Virus record (IMG/VR): IMGVR_UViG_2540341127_000002
Span: 1,290-65,289 of that record
Direction: 5' to 3' (one strand)
Source: a virus
Lineage: Duplodnaviria; Caudoviricetes
DNA length: 64,000 nucleotides
Position 1 is the stretch's first letter; each line of letters starts with the position of its first letter. The position numbers and the translations under genes were made by a program. The notes beneath the pieces are model-generated. The model had not been told where the DNA came from. It made no database searches and saw nothing but the letters and a program-made list of their open reading frames with translations. Below, in pieces: positions 54,430-64,000 of the stretch.

Positions 54430-57108
54430 ATGGGCACATCGCCAAATTTCCCGCAGGTGGCCTTTCTTGATCGGTTTATTGGCAATTACGATCCCGGCAC
54501 GGGCCTGGAAGGCCCAGTGCAAGCTTCGAAGGAAAGCATCGCTGCGCAGATCGAAACGATCAACGGGCTCACCTCCGGCGTCATTTCCATCGTCGACAAG
54601 GATCTGACGGCGCCGCCTGTCTCACCGGCGATCGGCGCGCGCTACATCGTCGCCGCGACTGCGACGGGCGCCTGGGCGACGCACGAAGAAGACATCGCCC
54701 AATATAGCGCGCTCGGCTGGACGTTCACCGACCCAACCGGCGCGACCGTCTATGTCGAGGACGAGGCGGCGATCTACCACTATCTCGCCGGGACGTGGAC
54801 GAAACAGGCGTCCGACGCGGCCGCGGCCGCCGCGGCCGCCTCGGCGGCGGCCGCTCTTGTCAGCGAAAATAATGCCGCGGCCTCCGAAGCAAACGCCGAT
54901 GACGCCGAGGCGGGCGCGATCGCCGCCCGGCTGGCAGCCGAGTCGGCGCGCGATACGGCGCTCGTCAATGCGAATATCTACACCAGCACGGGGGCGGGCA
55001 TCTCCGCCACGACGAATGGTCAGCAATTCGGCGTCGTCGACGGCGAATTCATCCAGCGCTACGTGAACAACAGCGGCGTCGCCGATCCGGTCCCTGGGGC
55101 GAAAATTCCGACAGCCGCTTATCTGCGCAAAACGCCGATCACGATCACGGCGAGTCGGGCGTTGACGACGAGCGACGGCAATCGCCTCTTGCATGTCAAC
55201 ATTCCGGGGCCCGTCGACAACTCGATTGCGCATCTGCGCATCCCGACGAACGCTGCTGATCCAATCTCCATAGGAGAGTCTTATGAAATTCTGCGCGTGG
55301 GCGGAAGCATCGCGCGCGTCGTGCCGGACGCCGGCGTCGCTCTTACGAAACCAGTGGCGGCCGATCTTGTCAGCGATTTCTCATGGGCCAAGCTGCGCAA
55401 GACGGGAACCGACGCATGGACGCTTTACGGCGTTGTGAGCGCCGCGCCTTCTGGCGCGCACACTTCGAAAATCTGGTTTGATCCGTCCGACCTTTCAACG
55501 ATGTTCGTTGAGCGCACCGGAGCGTCCGCGACGACTCCTGCGTCCGTCGATGGGCCGGTCGGCTCATGGCGCAACAAAGGTGTGATCGGCGGATGGGCGA
55601 CAGCTCCCGCTGACGACCGCAGGCCGACATTGCGGACGGATGGCACATTTTATTGGTTGGAATTCGATGGAAGTCTTACGGCGGGACAGGGGGACGAGCT
55701 TCGCCTGCCCCTGCCTGCGCTCGATCTCGCAACCATCGAAATGTATATCGGCGTGGAGGTTGCAAGCTGGGCGTCAGGCCAGTCGGGCATCGTGACTTTC
55801 GCGCCTGTGCCAGTAGGGACGCCAGGAGTCGACATTTTATCTGACGCCGGCATGGCGTTTTTCATCAACAACGCCGAACATCTCATCGCCTGCCGGGGTC
55901 AATCCATGTTGGTGGAGACGCGCGGCGTCATGCCGGCCCCGCATGTCTACGAGTTCAAAAAGCCGAACAACTCTACGGCGAGTCTGTCATGCGACAATTC
56001 TTTGGTGAGCGTCGGCGCCGTCGACAGCACCATTACGCATACTTTCACGGCGATGGGCGGAGATTTGATTATTGGCGCCCGCTACGGGTCAGGAGCGCCT
56101 CCGGCTCCTTATGCGCACGGAAATATGAATCTCTATCAGCTGATCATCAAAAACGAGGTTACAGCCGATTCTACGCCCCTGAGAGAATATGTGGAGCAGA
56201 AAACCTACGGAACGGTGCCTGTCTATCCGACGATCTCCGATACGACGGAACTGGAAGCCGCACGCGCGACGCTCATCAGTGAGGTGTTCGCCACCGTAGG
56301 TGGCGTGATCCCGACCGATGTTGCGACAATGGACTTGGAAACGCCGCCGGTGTCTGGCCTGACCAGCCTTGCGACCTGTCATAAGCTGACGATCCCCGGC
56401 TATGCCGCCCGTCCACGCCTATGGACGCCGACATCGCCGCGCGATGACGCCATCCTGTTCGTATGCGCCGGACACAGCGCCACGCTGACCAACAACGCTC
56501 TTTCCTCTGTGCCGCTGCAATCGGCACTGACCCGTGGCGTGCGTGTCGTCACCTTCATGCTTCCCGGCGGACCAAACGATCTGACCAGCGGCGGTCCCGC
56601 AGATCATGAGTCTGCGCATCCTCCAATGTCGGATTGGGCCGGCCCCGTCTCCATCGTGATCAACACGCTGGAGGCGATGTTCCCAACCGCTGCTTTCTAT
56701 GTCACTGGAATCAGTGGCGGCGGCTGGATGACAATGCTCTGCGCTGCGACTGACGTGCGGTTCAAAGGATCGTATCAGTTCGTCGGCACAATGCCTGACT
56801 ACTACTACTACGAGAGAGACTGGGAAGGGCGGCGCCCTGGTCTCACCGCCACCAACATGGATATGTATTTGATGGCCGGGTGCCCGTCGCCGCGTCGCCA
56901 CAAGCACATCCTCCACGAAAACGACGGTGACGTGTTCAAGCGAACGCTCTACGAGACGCGTCCGCCATGGGACGCGCAACTCGCGATACAGGCGGCGTCG
57001 ATCGGCGGCGGTTATTACGCCTTGGTGTGGGACAACTGGAACCAGCACGCGTTCCACAACCCGTTCTTCACGACGAACGTCTTGGACGAAATCGCGCCGT
57101 TGCCATAG
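54430..57108 (+). CDS. Tail fibre/spike with DUF2793-like N-terminus and alpha/beta-hydrolase-like C-terminus
   Basis: DLTAPP.SP..GARYIVA..ATGAW; WFDPSDLSTMF; VTGISGGGW nucleophile elbow. Confidence 0.8.
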   Translation: MGTSPNFPQVAFLDRFIGNYDPGTGLEGPVQASKESIAAQIETINGLTSGVISIVDKDLTAPPVSPAIGARYIVAATATGAWATHEEDIAQYSALGWTFTDPTGATVYVEDEAAIYHYLAGTWTKQASDAAAAAAAASAAAALVSENNAAASEANADDAEAGAIAARLAAESARDTALVNANIYTSTGAGISATTNGQQFGVVDGEFIQRYVNNSGVADPVPGAKIPTAAYLRKTPITITASRALTTSDGNRLLHVNIPGPVDNSIAHLRIPTNAADPISIGESYEILRVGGSIARVVPDAGVALTKPVAADLVSDFSWAKLRKTGTDAWTLYGVVSAAPSGAHTSKIWFDPSDLSTMFVERTGASATTPASVDGPVGSWRNKGVIGGWATAPADDRRPTLRTDGTFYWLEFDGSLTAGQGDELRLPLPALDLATIEMYIGVEVASWASGQSGIVTFAPVPVGTPGVDILSDAGMAFFINNAEHLIACRGQSMLVETRGVMPAPHVYEFKKPNNSTASLSCDNSLVSVGAVDSTITHTFTAMGGDLIIGARYGSGAPPAPYAHGNMNLYQLIIKNEVTADSTPLREYVEQKTYGTVPVYPTISDTTELEAARATLISEVFATVGGVIPTDVATMDLETPPVSGLTSLATCHKLTIPGYAARPRLWTPTSPRDDAILFVCAGHSATLTNNALSSVPLQSALTRGVRVVTFMLPGGPNDLTSGGPADHESAHPPMSDWAGPVSIVINTLEAMFPTAAFYVTGISGGGWMTMLCAATDVRFKGSYQFVGTMPDYYYYERDWEGRRPGLTATNMDMYLMAGCPSPRRHKHILHENDGDVFKRTLYETRPPWDAQLAIQAASIGGGYYALVWDNWNQHAFHNPFFTTNVLDEIAPLP

Positions 57109-57228
57109 GGCCGCAAATGGATGGCTTTAGGCCATCTGGCGCGTTGACGCGACGCATCACACGCCGACCGAAGAAACCCGCCGCCGGAGCGGTCAATCCC
57201 GGCGATCTCCCGCAAAAGGAATGAACCC

Positions 57229-57477
57229 ATGACCGAAGCCGAACAGGCTGCGCTCGATCTGATCGCCGAGATGCGGCAAACGATGGTGGCGATGCAGGAA
57301 ACCGCGATCGAAAAGAACAGCGAAATTTCGTCGCTCAACGAACAGCTCGCCGCGTTTCAAACGACGGATGCGGCTGCCGCCGTCGCGCAGGAGCGCGACT
57401 GGTTTGACGCCTTTCGCGGCGCCGTGTTTCCAGTTCCTGCGCCCGTTGCGCCGCCGGCCGAAGAAGTCGTCGGCTGA
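57229..57477 (+). CDS. Hypothetical protein
   Basis: AAGGA RBS; coiled-coil-like. Confidence 0.6.
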   Translation: MTEAEQAALDLIAEMRQTMVAMQETAIEKNSEISSLNEQLAAFQTTDAAAAVAQERDWFDAFRGAVFPVPAPVAPPAEEVVG

Positions 57478-58387
57478 CCCATCGCTTCATGAGCCGGAAA
57501 TGCGCATCATCAGCGTCGCTCTTTGCACGGTCGTCGCGATGCTGATCGCGGCGACGATCCTGCACTGGGCGTTCTGATGCGCGAGCGGCTGTTCCGGGCG
57601 GCGTTCTGGGTGTCGATCACCATACTCGCCGCCTGCTTTCTCAACGGAATGAGGCGCATGTGATGACGACAGCCGTGAACATTCTCGCGCTGATCGGCGG
57701 CCTTTGGGTTGGCGCGAAAGCGGTCGGCTTCCTGCGCTGGCGCTGCTTCATCAATCGCGACGGAAGCTCGGGGCGGTCCGGCCGGCACTGGAGTCAAGAG
57801 CGATGATGTTCCCGCCCGACATCGAGCGGAACGGCAAGCTGCTCTTGCTCGCCGTCATGCTGATCTTTGTCGCCAGCCACGCGCTGCAGATCGCCAAGGC
57901 GGTCTACCGCATAGCCTTCTGAAGGAGCGCGAAGATGATCGAGCTTTCCTGCGTCGTTGCGCTGGCGGTGATTTTCTGCATCGTCGAGCGCTGGATCTGC
58001 TTCAACCGCGCGTGATGCTCCCCGCCGATCCTGACACGAAGCTGGTCTGGGGTCCTGTTTCGTCGTCTCGCGCCACAAGGATGGGCGCGGGCTTTCGGAC
58101 ATTCTCGCCGAGGCGAAGCGCTGGCGCATGCCGATGACGCGCGCCGACGCGCTCCAAATCCTGCGCCGCTACGTCGATATGTTCGACAAGGACGTGCGGC
58201 AGACGCGCGGGAAGTGAGCTAGGAGCGGGCCGGGCGCTGCTCCGGCGAGCGGGCTAAAGTGCATGGCAAAGCCACGGCGCTTACATCAGCTTATCCGCGT
58301 AGGGCGCTTCTACTGCGTGTCTTGAGCGTCTTCCACGCCGCCGCTCCCGCGCATTTTCTACCAAACACCAGACCATAAGGAAAGACC

Positions 58388-59359
58388 ATGACCGCTCTTA
58401 GGATGAGCGCGGACGGCCGCGCCAAATTGATGCAGCGCGAGGGTGTGCGCACGAAGGCTTACCGCGACTCGGTCGGCGTCTGGACGATCGGCGTTGGCCA
58501 CACCGCCGCCGCCGGGCCGCCGCATCCTGTCGCCGGCATGGAAATCTCGCGCGCCGAGGTCGACAGGCTTCTTTCGCGCGACCTGGGGCAGTATGAGAAT
58601 GCCGTCAATGGAGCCGTGCGCGTGCCGCTTACGCAAGGGCAGTTCGACGCTCTGGTATCGTTTTGCTTCAATATCGGCATCGGCGGGTTCAAAGGTTCAA
58701 CAGTCGTCAAGCTGCTCAACAAGCGCAACTACCGCGGCGCGGCCGATGCTTTCATGAAATGGGTCAAGCCGCCGGAGATTCGCGGCCGTCGCGAGTCCGA
58801 GCGCCAGCAATTCGTGCGCGCGACCTATGCGCAGAAGGCGGAGCAATCTGGCGGGGCGCTGACCGCCGCTGACCTGCGCGCGGCCGGCTCCCGCACGATG
58901 GACGGCGCGGCGATGGCTAAGACTGGCGCGACGGCCGCCGTAGGGCTCGAGGCGCTGTCCGGCGGCGCCGACTATCTCTCCAAGGCGTCGGACGCGGCGG
59001 ACACCGCCTCCAACATCGCCGCCAATGTCCAGAACGTCCATCAGGCGGCTGGCGCGGCGAGTCAGTCGGCGACGGGCGTTCTTGCATGGTTGCACGCCCA
59101 TCCCGGCGTGCTGTTCGGACTGGAGCTCGCCATCACGCTCGGCGCGCTGGCGGCGATCGGATACACGCTTTACGGCGTCTCGAAAATCATCCGCGCCAAG
59201 GTCGACGACACCAATGATCTGCTTGCCGCGCCGATCGAGGAATCCTTCGAGGACGCAGCGCTCGACGCGGGCGACTATCCAGGCGCCGACTTCGAGGAAG
59301 CGGTCGAGGAACTGAATTACGTCGACGCGCGCTCCTCTGACGATCGGAAGACGGCGTGA
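58388..59359 (+). CDS. Endolysin (GH24 lysozyme) with C-terminal hydrophobic segment
   Basis: REGVRTKAYRDSVGVWTIGVGHT, QFDALVSFCFNIG, RRESE. Confidence 0.93.
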   Translation: MTALRMSADGRAKLMQREGVRTKAYRDSVGVWTIGVGHTAAAGPPHPVAGMEISRAEVDRLLSRDLGQYENAVNGAVRVPLTQGQFDALVSFCFNIGIGGFKGSTVVKLLNKRNYRGAADAFMKWVKPPEIRGRRESERQQFVRATYAQKAEQSGGALTAADLRAAGSRTMDGAAMAKTGATAAVGLEALSGGADYLSKASDAADTASNIAANVQNVHQAAGAASQSATGVLAWLHAHPGVLFGLELAITLGALAAIGYTLYGVSKIIRAKVDDTNDLLAAPIEESFEDAALDAGDYPGADFEEAVEELNYVDARSSDDRKTA

Positions 59360-59466
59360 GCCATGACTGGCGTTGATCCGAACCGCCGACCCCGGATCTG
59401 GCCGGCGGTCGTCGTCTGTGTGCTTCTGACCGCCTTTCTTGCGGCGAAAGTAGTGGGGTTCGCGCA

Positions 59467-59946
59467 ATGAGACTGCTGGGCTATTTCGCCGCGCAAACAT
59501 TCACCGCGGCCTATCAGCGCGTCGCGCCGATCTTCGACTTCGCTGGCGATCATCGCTACGGCACGATCGCGCTGCTGTTCGCGATCGGCGCCGTCGCGGC
59601 GCTGTTCCTGATGCCGGTGTTCAAGCGGCAAGTCGCTGCGGGGCTCGCCTTCATCGCGCTGCTCGTCGCGATTTACGACGCCGGCTACAGCCGCCGCGCA
59701 AAGATTGATCGCGCGGCCTGGGCGCAGGCCGAAGCCGCCCGCAAGGCGGCGGAGGACAAGGAAGAACAACGCCGAGAGGATGTCGTCGACGGAGCCTTTA
59801 CATGGGCGCGCGAAGCGGCGCAGCGACTCTCGGCCGAAGAGGCAAATCGCGCAAAACAAACCAAGGAGATCGACGATGCGGCTCGCAGTAGCCATCGCCC
59901 TGGCCTCAGCCTTCCTTTCGTCCTGCAACTCGACAAAATACGCTGA
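59467..59946 (+). CDS. Inner-membrane spanin-like protein
   Basis: TM helices then coiled coil; overlaps lipoprotein gene. Confidence 0.65.
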   Translation: MRLLGYFAAQTFTAAYQRVAPIFDFAGDHRYGTIALLFAIGAVAALFLMPVFKRQVAAGLAFIALLVAIYDAGYSRRAKIDRAAWAQAEAARKAAEDKEEQRREDVVDGAFTWAREAAQRLSAEEANRAKQTKEIDDAARSSHRPGLSLPFVLQLDKIR

Positions 59947-60277
59947 TCACGCGCCGGTCGTCGTGCTGTCGACGCCAAAAGCTCAACCACCAAAAAAGCT
60001 GACGCAGCCCTGCGTTGGAAATGCGCGCCTGCCGCATCGAGCGCTTGACGAGGGCGAAACGGCGAGCCTGTGGGGGCATGATCGCAAAGCGAACGCCGAC
60101 TGTGGGCCGCGCCACAGCGCGCTCGTCAAATGGCTGCACAGGCGCGACGCCGGGCTCGCCGGGAAGGCGCTCCCCGAGCCGCCCAAAGAGCCGATCGAAC
60201 CCGACCCAGTCGCGGCCGAGCCTGCAATCCGCAATCCGCTGTCCAGCCTGTTCGGCGGCGCTGCAACCGAGGAATGA
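59876..60277 (+). CDS. Outer-membrane spanin-like lipoprotein
   Basis: AAGGAG RBS; MRLAVAIALASAFLSSC; Pro-rich; WGHDR....DCGPRH. Confidence 0.75.
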   Translation: MRLAVAIALASAFLSSCNSTKYADHAPVVVLSTPKAQPPKKLTQPCVGNARLPHRALDEGETASLWGHDRKANADCGPRHSALVKWLHRRDAGLAGKALPEPPKEPIEPDPVAAEPAIRNPLSSLFGGAATEE

Positions 60278-60284
60278 TCTGACC

Positions 60285-60548
60285 ATGCCGACACCGACCT
60301 GCCACAGCCTATCAAGCATCCTCGGCGGCATGTTCCAGTCGACGTCCGACAGGATCGCCTTGGCGGCCTCCGGTGTCGCCAGCGCGCCGCTGCTGCTGCA
60401 AAATCACCTGAAAGACGCCAATGAATTCGTGGTGTTCGTCGCCCCGACGCTGGCAAGCGTCTTCCTCGCGCTGAAGATCATCCTCGTCATCCCGCAGATT
60501 TTAGCGGAGTGGGGAAGGTTTTTGAGCAAGTGGTGGCGTAAGGAGTGA
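60285..60548 (+). CDS. Small membrane protein, possible holin
   Basis: GAGGA RBS; hydrophobic helices; basic C-terminus. Confidence 0.55.
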   Translation: MPTPTCHSLSSILGGMFQSTSDRIALAASGVASAPLLLQNHLKDANEFVVFVAPTLASVFLALKIILVIPQILAEWGRFLSKWWRKE

Positions 60549-60968
60549 GCGCTCGTCGCCCGGCGATGTGCTTGCGCCTTTCGATATCGCCACATCCTGG
60601 TATTGTCGCTCATGGTGGATTTCGATCCATCCATCTCTGGTCAGACATGCGGCGCCCCTGCTACAATCGCGCAGATTCCAATATCCCCACCGCGCGAACC
60701 GCAAAGGTGCGCCCAGCGAGTAAGAAGCGCATTAAAAATCAAAGAGCCATTTTTGGGCGCACCTTCACGTAAGGCATTGTCCTGTCGACGGAAGTCAACA
60801 TCTACTTCCCCCACCATTTGCTCTAAAGAATATGCTGATCCCTGGGCCCTCAACGGCGCGGGCTAGACCTTGTCAATAGCGCCAAAGGGCGGCAAATTTG
60901 CCTGCGGACGGGAGCCCATCCGGGGAATGCCGGCTCATCTGCGCTGAACCCTTACGCGGGAGGGGGTC

Positions 60969-62558
60969 ATGGGGAGATCAAATTCAAACCAAATTGTCGC
61001 TCGATCGCGCGAACTTTGGGTCGCGATGCCCAGTTGGGCGCGCGTCGCCGCTATTTTGTTGATAAGCTCGGTTTGTTCTTCGACGGCGAAAGCGGGCTCA
61101 GGTCCGCTTTATCCTAAAGGCGCGAGCGTTTTTATCCCGTTCGTCAACGCAGCCGATGTCAGTAAGTCCTATGCCAGCCCTCAAATCCGGGTCGGGTTCA
61201 GCAATAACTACAACTCTTCCTTCACTGTCACCATGGACACCGGTTCGATAGGCATTATCGTAGGCAGAAATTATTTCACTCCACCGGCAAAAGGGAGAGC
61301 GGATCCAAGTTTTATCGGTCCAGGATCCGAAACGCTTACCAGCAGCGGCTATTACTTCACCGGAGACTGGTATAGAACTACTGTGCATTTATATAACGAC
61401 AAAGCCGCGGTCGCAGTCTCGACAGTGCCTGTCATGGCTGTCACCAACGTATCTTGCATAGAGGGCGCCAGAGATTGCCATATAGTTGATCACAACGGAG
61501 TCGATGTACATTATTTCGGCGTCGGTTTCGCCGGGGGGTCGGGTGTGCCTCAGGGAACGCCGGACAAGAACGCTTTTTTAAATGTCACGAAAATATCGGA
61601 GAGCAGCTCACTGCCTTCGCCAGGCTATATTTTATCCACGCAAGGCGCGCATATCGGTTTAACGTCAAACAATACCAAAGGTTTTGCTTTTATTAAACTG
61701 GAGCCGCTGTTGGCGCCGACTCTTGCGCAATGGCAATCCGCCCCTGCATCTCCAAATGTGCTGACCGATTGGCAACATGCGCGGGGGACGATCACGGTGA
61801 ATGGCGTATCGGGACGCGGCGGCATCTTGTTCGATACCGGGGTGAACACTGGTTTTTTGACGCCGCCCATCGGGGTGACCGTGATGACTGGAATGGGGCC
61901 AACGACGCCCCACAAAGCTGAGTGCAACACGAACCCGCCGACCTGCGCTGTAAGCGGAACGACGGTGCAGGTTTCGTTTCCGGATCAAACTCAGCCGGTT
62001 GCTTCGTTAAACTATACTGTCGGCCCCAATAATGGCGCTCAAAAAGGAAATCCAGTTTCGCCCTATGCCGTGTCGGTCGACCACACTGGCGCGCCTTTTT
62101 TGAACACGACCGTTCGCATCTTGCAGGGGTTCGCTTACCTCTATGACGCCGCTAACGGTTTCGTTGGCCTGAAAGCCACAGGTAACGCGCCTCCTCGATT
62201 TGCTATTAGTAAGCCTTGGGGTGTGGCGGTTGAGGGCGTTTTTCAATGTTTTTTCGGTTGGGCTAAAGTTAATTTTGGTCCCCGACCAACGACGGGCTCC
62301 CTCTCCAGCACCTTCGTGGCTACGGCGTCCCGACCAAATCCCTTCCAGCCTACGGAATACAGCTGGCCTTATACCTATGTTTACGATTCATATAATCGTA
62401 AGTACATCGGAATTTCCTCTGGCGTTCCGGCTTCCGACAATATGCCCGCCGCTACTAGCCTCGCCAACAATGTATACACTTGGGGGGCTTCCGGCCCGTC
62501 TAATGGTACGAATGAAGGCGCTTTAGCGCCTTGGTTGGCTGCCGCAGGTTGTCAATAA
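60969..62558 (+). CDS. Secreted pepsin-like aspartic protease-fold protein
   Basis: Signal peptide; two DTG motifs (VTMDTGS, ILFDTGV); visibly lower GC. Confidence 0.7.
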   Translation: MGRSNSNQIVARSRELWVAMPSWARVAAILLISSVCSSTAKAGSGPLYPKGASVFIPFVNAADVSKSYASPQIRVGFSNNYNSSFTVTMDTGSIGIIVGRNYFTPPAKGRADPSFIGPGSETLTSSGYYFTGDWYRTTVHLYNDKAAVAVSTVPVMAVTNVSCIEGARDCHIVDHNGVDVHYFGVGFAGGSGVPQGTPDKNAFLNVTKISESSSLPSPGYILSTQGAHIGLTSNNTKGFAFIKLEPLLAPTLAQWQSAPASPNVLTDWQHARGTITVNGVSGRGGILFDTGVNTGFLTPPIGVTVMTGMGPTTPHKAECNTNPPTCAVSGTTVQVSFPDQTQPVASLNYTVGPNNGAQKGNPVSPYAVSVDHTGAPFLNTTVRILQGFAYLYDAANGFVGLKATGNAPPRFAISKPWGVAVEGVFQCFFGWAKVNFGPRPTTGSLSSTFVATASRPNPFQPTEYSWPYTYVYDSYNRKYIGISSGVPASDNMPAATSLANNVYTWGASGPSNGTNEGALAPWLAAAGCQ

Positions 62559-62680
62559 GGCGGACGGCGCCCACTCCTTGAGTGGTCGTCGCCGTGCGGA
62601 TTTCACCCTTCCGTCCGCCGTCCCAGCGAAGGCGCTGCATTGTAGCCGATTCGATCAGTGAAATTCTCCCGATGCGTCGA

Positions 62681-64000
62681 TCAGCGAAGGACGCGCAGCC
62701 GCGCGCGCAGGGCGTCGTAAAGCGGCGCGTCGCTCATCAGCGTCGGGATGAGCATGGCGGTGAAACAGGCCGCCAGCATCGGCAGCAGCAGGAGCGCGCT
62801 GCCGGTCATTTCCGTCGCCAGCACGAGCCCGGTCAGCGGCGCCCGCACCACGCCCGTAAAGAAGGCGGCCATTCCAACCGCCGCGAAAGCCTCCGGCTGA
62901 ATGGGAAGGTCCGGGAACGCCAATCCGCAACCGGCGCCAAAGAGGAGTCCCAATTGCGCGCCCAGCGCCAGCAGCGGCGCGAAAAGACCGCCCGGCGTTC
63001 CCGCCGAATAGGACAAGGCGCCGAACCAGAACCTCAGTTGAAAGAGGAACGGCAGGACGAAAAGGCCGGGCGCCCCAAGCAGCGCGTTCTGGGTGAGACG
63101 ATCTCCCCCGCCGACGCATTCCGGTCCGAACCAGGCGAGAACGCCCGCGGCGGCGCCGATGGCGGCGGCGCAGGTCTCCGCCGGCAGGCCGCGCACGAGG
63201 TCGACCGCGGCCAGCGTCGCGAGCACCGCCTTATTATAGGCGATGGCGACGGCGCCGCAGACGACGCCGAGGACGAAGAACAGCGGGCCGATCGCCGGCG
63301 CCGGATAGGCCAGCGGCGGCAGTTGGAAATCCGGCGCGTCGCCCAGAACAAGATGCGCGACGGCGATCGCGGTCGAGGACGCCGCCAGCGCGGCGATCGC
63401 TATCCTGTGCTCGAATTTTTGGACGAGCTCTTCGAGGACGAAAACCGCGCCGGCCATCGGCGCGTTGAAGGCGGTCGCGAGGCCTGCGCCCGCGCCCGCC
63501 GCCAGCAGAACGCGGCAATCCGGCCAGTCTCGGCGGAAGGCGCCGCCGAAGAGATGGCCGAGCACCGCGCCCATCTGCACGCTCGGTCCTTCCCGGCCGA
63601 GCGCAAGGCCCGAGCCGATCGCCAGCCATCCGCCGACGAATTTCACCGGCAGCAGGACAAAGGGCGACGGCGCCGCGTCACCGCGCAGGACAGCCTCGAC
63701 ATGCGGAATCCCGCTCCCGGACGCGTGCGGCGAATACCGCCGCACCAGCCAGGCGGCGACGACGGCCGCCGACGCGCAGCCGCCAACGAGCAGAATAAAG
63801 CCCGCGATTGAGTGGCCATGCGCCCAATCGATAACGGCCGCGCGAAAAACGTCGGCCCGCTGCAGCGCAAGCCGGAAAAGCGCGCAGACGAGACCAGCGA
63901 CGGCGCCGACCAGCAGGGCCAATGTCGCGAGGACCGTCAGATTGCCCTCTGAAGACGCCAAGGCCGTCGAGCGGGCCTTATGAAGGTCGCGATAAAGCAT
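62681..64000 (-). CDS. clcA: ClC-family H+/Cl- antiporter (host gene)
   Basis: GSGIP, GREGP, AFNAP, GLFAP signatures. Confidence 0.92.
   Translation of the reverse strand: MLYRDLHKARSTALASSEGNLTVLATLALLVGAVAGLVCALFRLALQRADVFRAAVIDWAHGHSIAGFILLVGGCASAAVVAAWLVRRYSPHASGSGIPHVEAVLRGDAAPSPFVLLPVKFVGGWLAIGSGLALGREGPSVQMGAVLGHLFGGAFRRDWPDCRVLLAAGAGAGLATAFNAPMAGAVFVLEELVQKFEHRIAIAALAASSTAIAVAHLVLGDAPDFQLPPLAYPAPAIGPLFFVLGVVCGAVAIAYNKAVLATLAAVDLVRGLPAETCAAAIGAAAGVLAWFGPECVGGGDRLTQNALLGAPGLFVLPFLFQLRFWFGALSYSAGTPGGLFAPLLALGAQLGLLFGAGCGLAFPDLPIQPEAFAAVGMAAFFTGVVRAPLTGLVLATEMTGSALLLLPMLAACFTAMLIPTLMSDAPLYDALRARLRVLR

Larger units (their letters stand above)
1..60548. mobile_element. Temperate HK97-like siphovirus prophage; left end lies outside the window, right boundary approximate
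   Basis: Contiguous lambdoid order: early-left, CI/Cro, replication, terminase, portal, protease, capsid, tail, lysis. No att site identified. Confidence 0.95.

Noticed and set aside
60549-60968. attR or tRNA at the prophage end
   Set aside because: No cloverleaf recognised, and attL is outside the window so no direct repeat can be tested.

Overview
Almost the whole window (about 1-60550) is a temperate, HK97-like long-tailed prophage in a high-GC alphaproteobacterial chromosome. The host lineage is inferred from GcrA- and GapR-like genes. Gene order: leftward early arm, immunity region (CI/Cro, five GTTG-N8-CAAC operators, HicAB, BRCT protein), rightward early and replication genes, NusG-like antiterminator, HNH/cos/terminase, head, tail and lysis, followed by a secreted pepsin-like protein and a ClC channel gene. 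The main find is a 3.4 kb island (39619-43045) inserted between neck genes. It encodes a stand-alone RAMP/Cas7-like protein followed by four non-coding tracts with strict 5-nt periodicity (conserved YRY triplet, mostly CGC, alternating with a variable dinucleotide), separated by structurally equivalent hairpin linkers and one accessory gene. The island also holds an XRE regulator, a TerS-motif protein and a truncated TerL paralogue with degenerate ATPase motifs. I interpret it as a candidate phage-encoded, non-CRISPR RNA-guided system with a gapped dinucleotide code. All calls are by eye; no searches were run.
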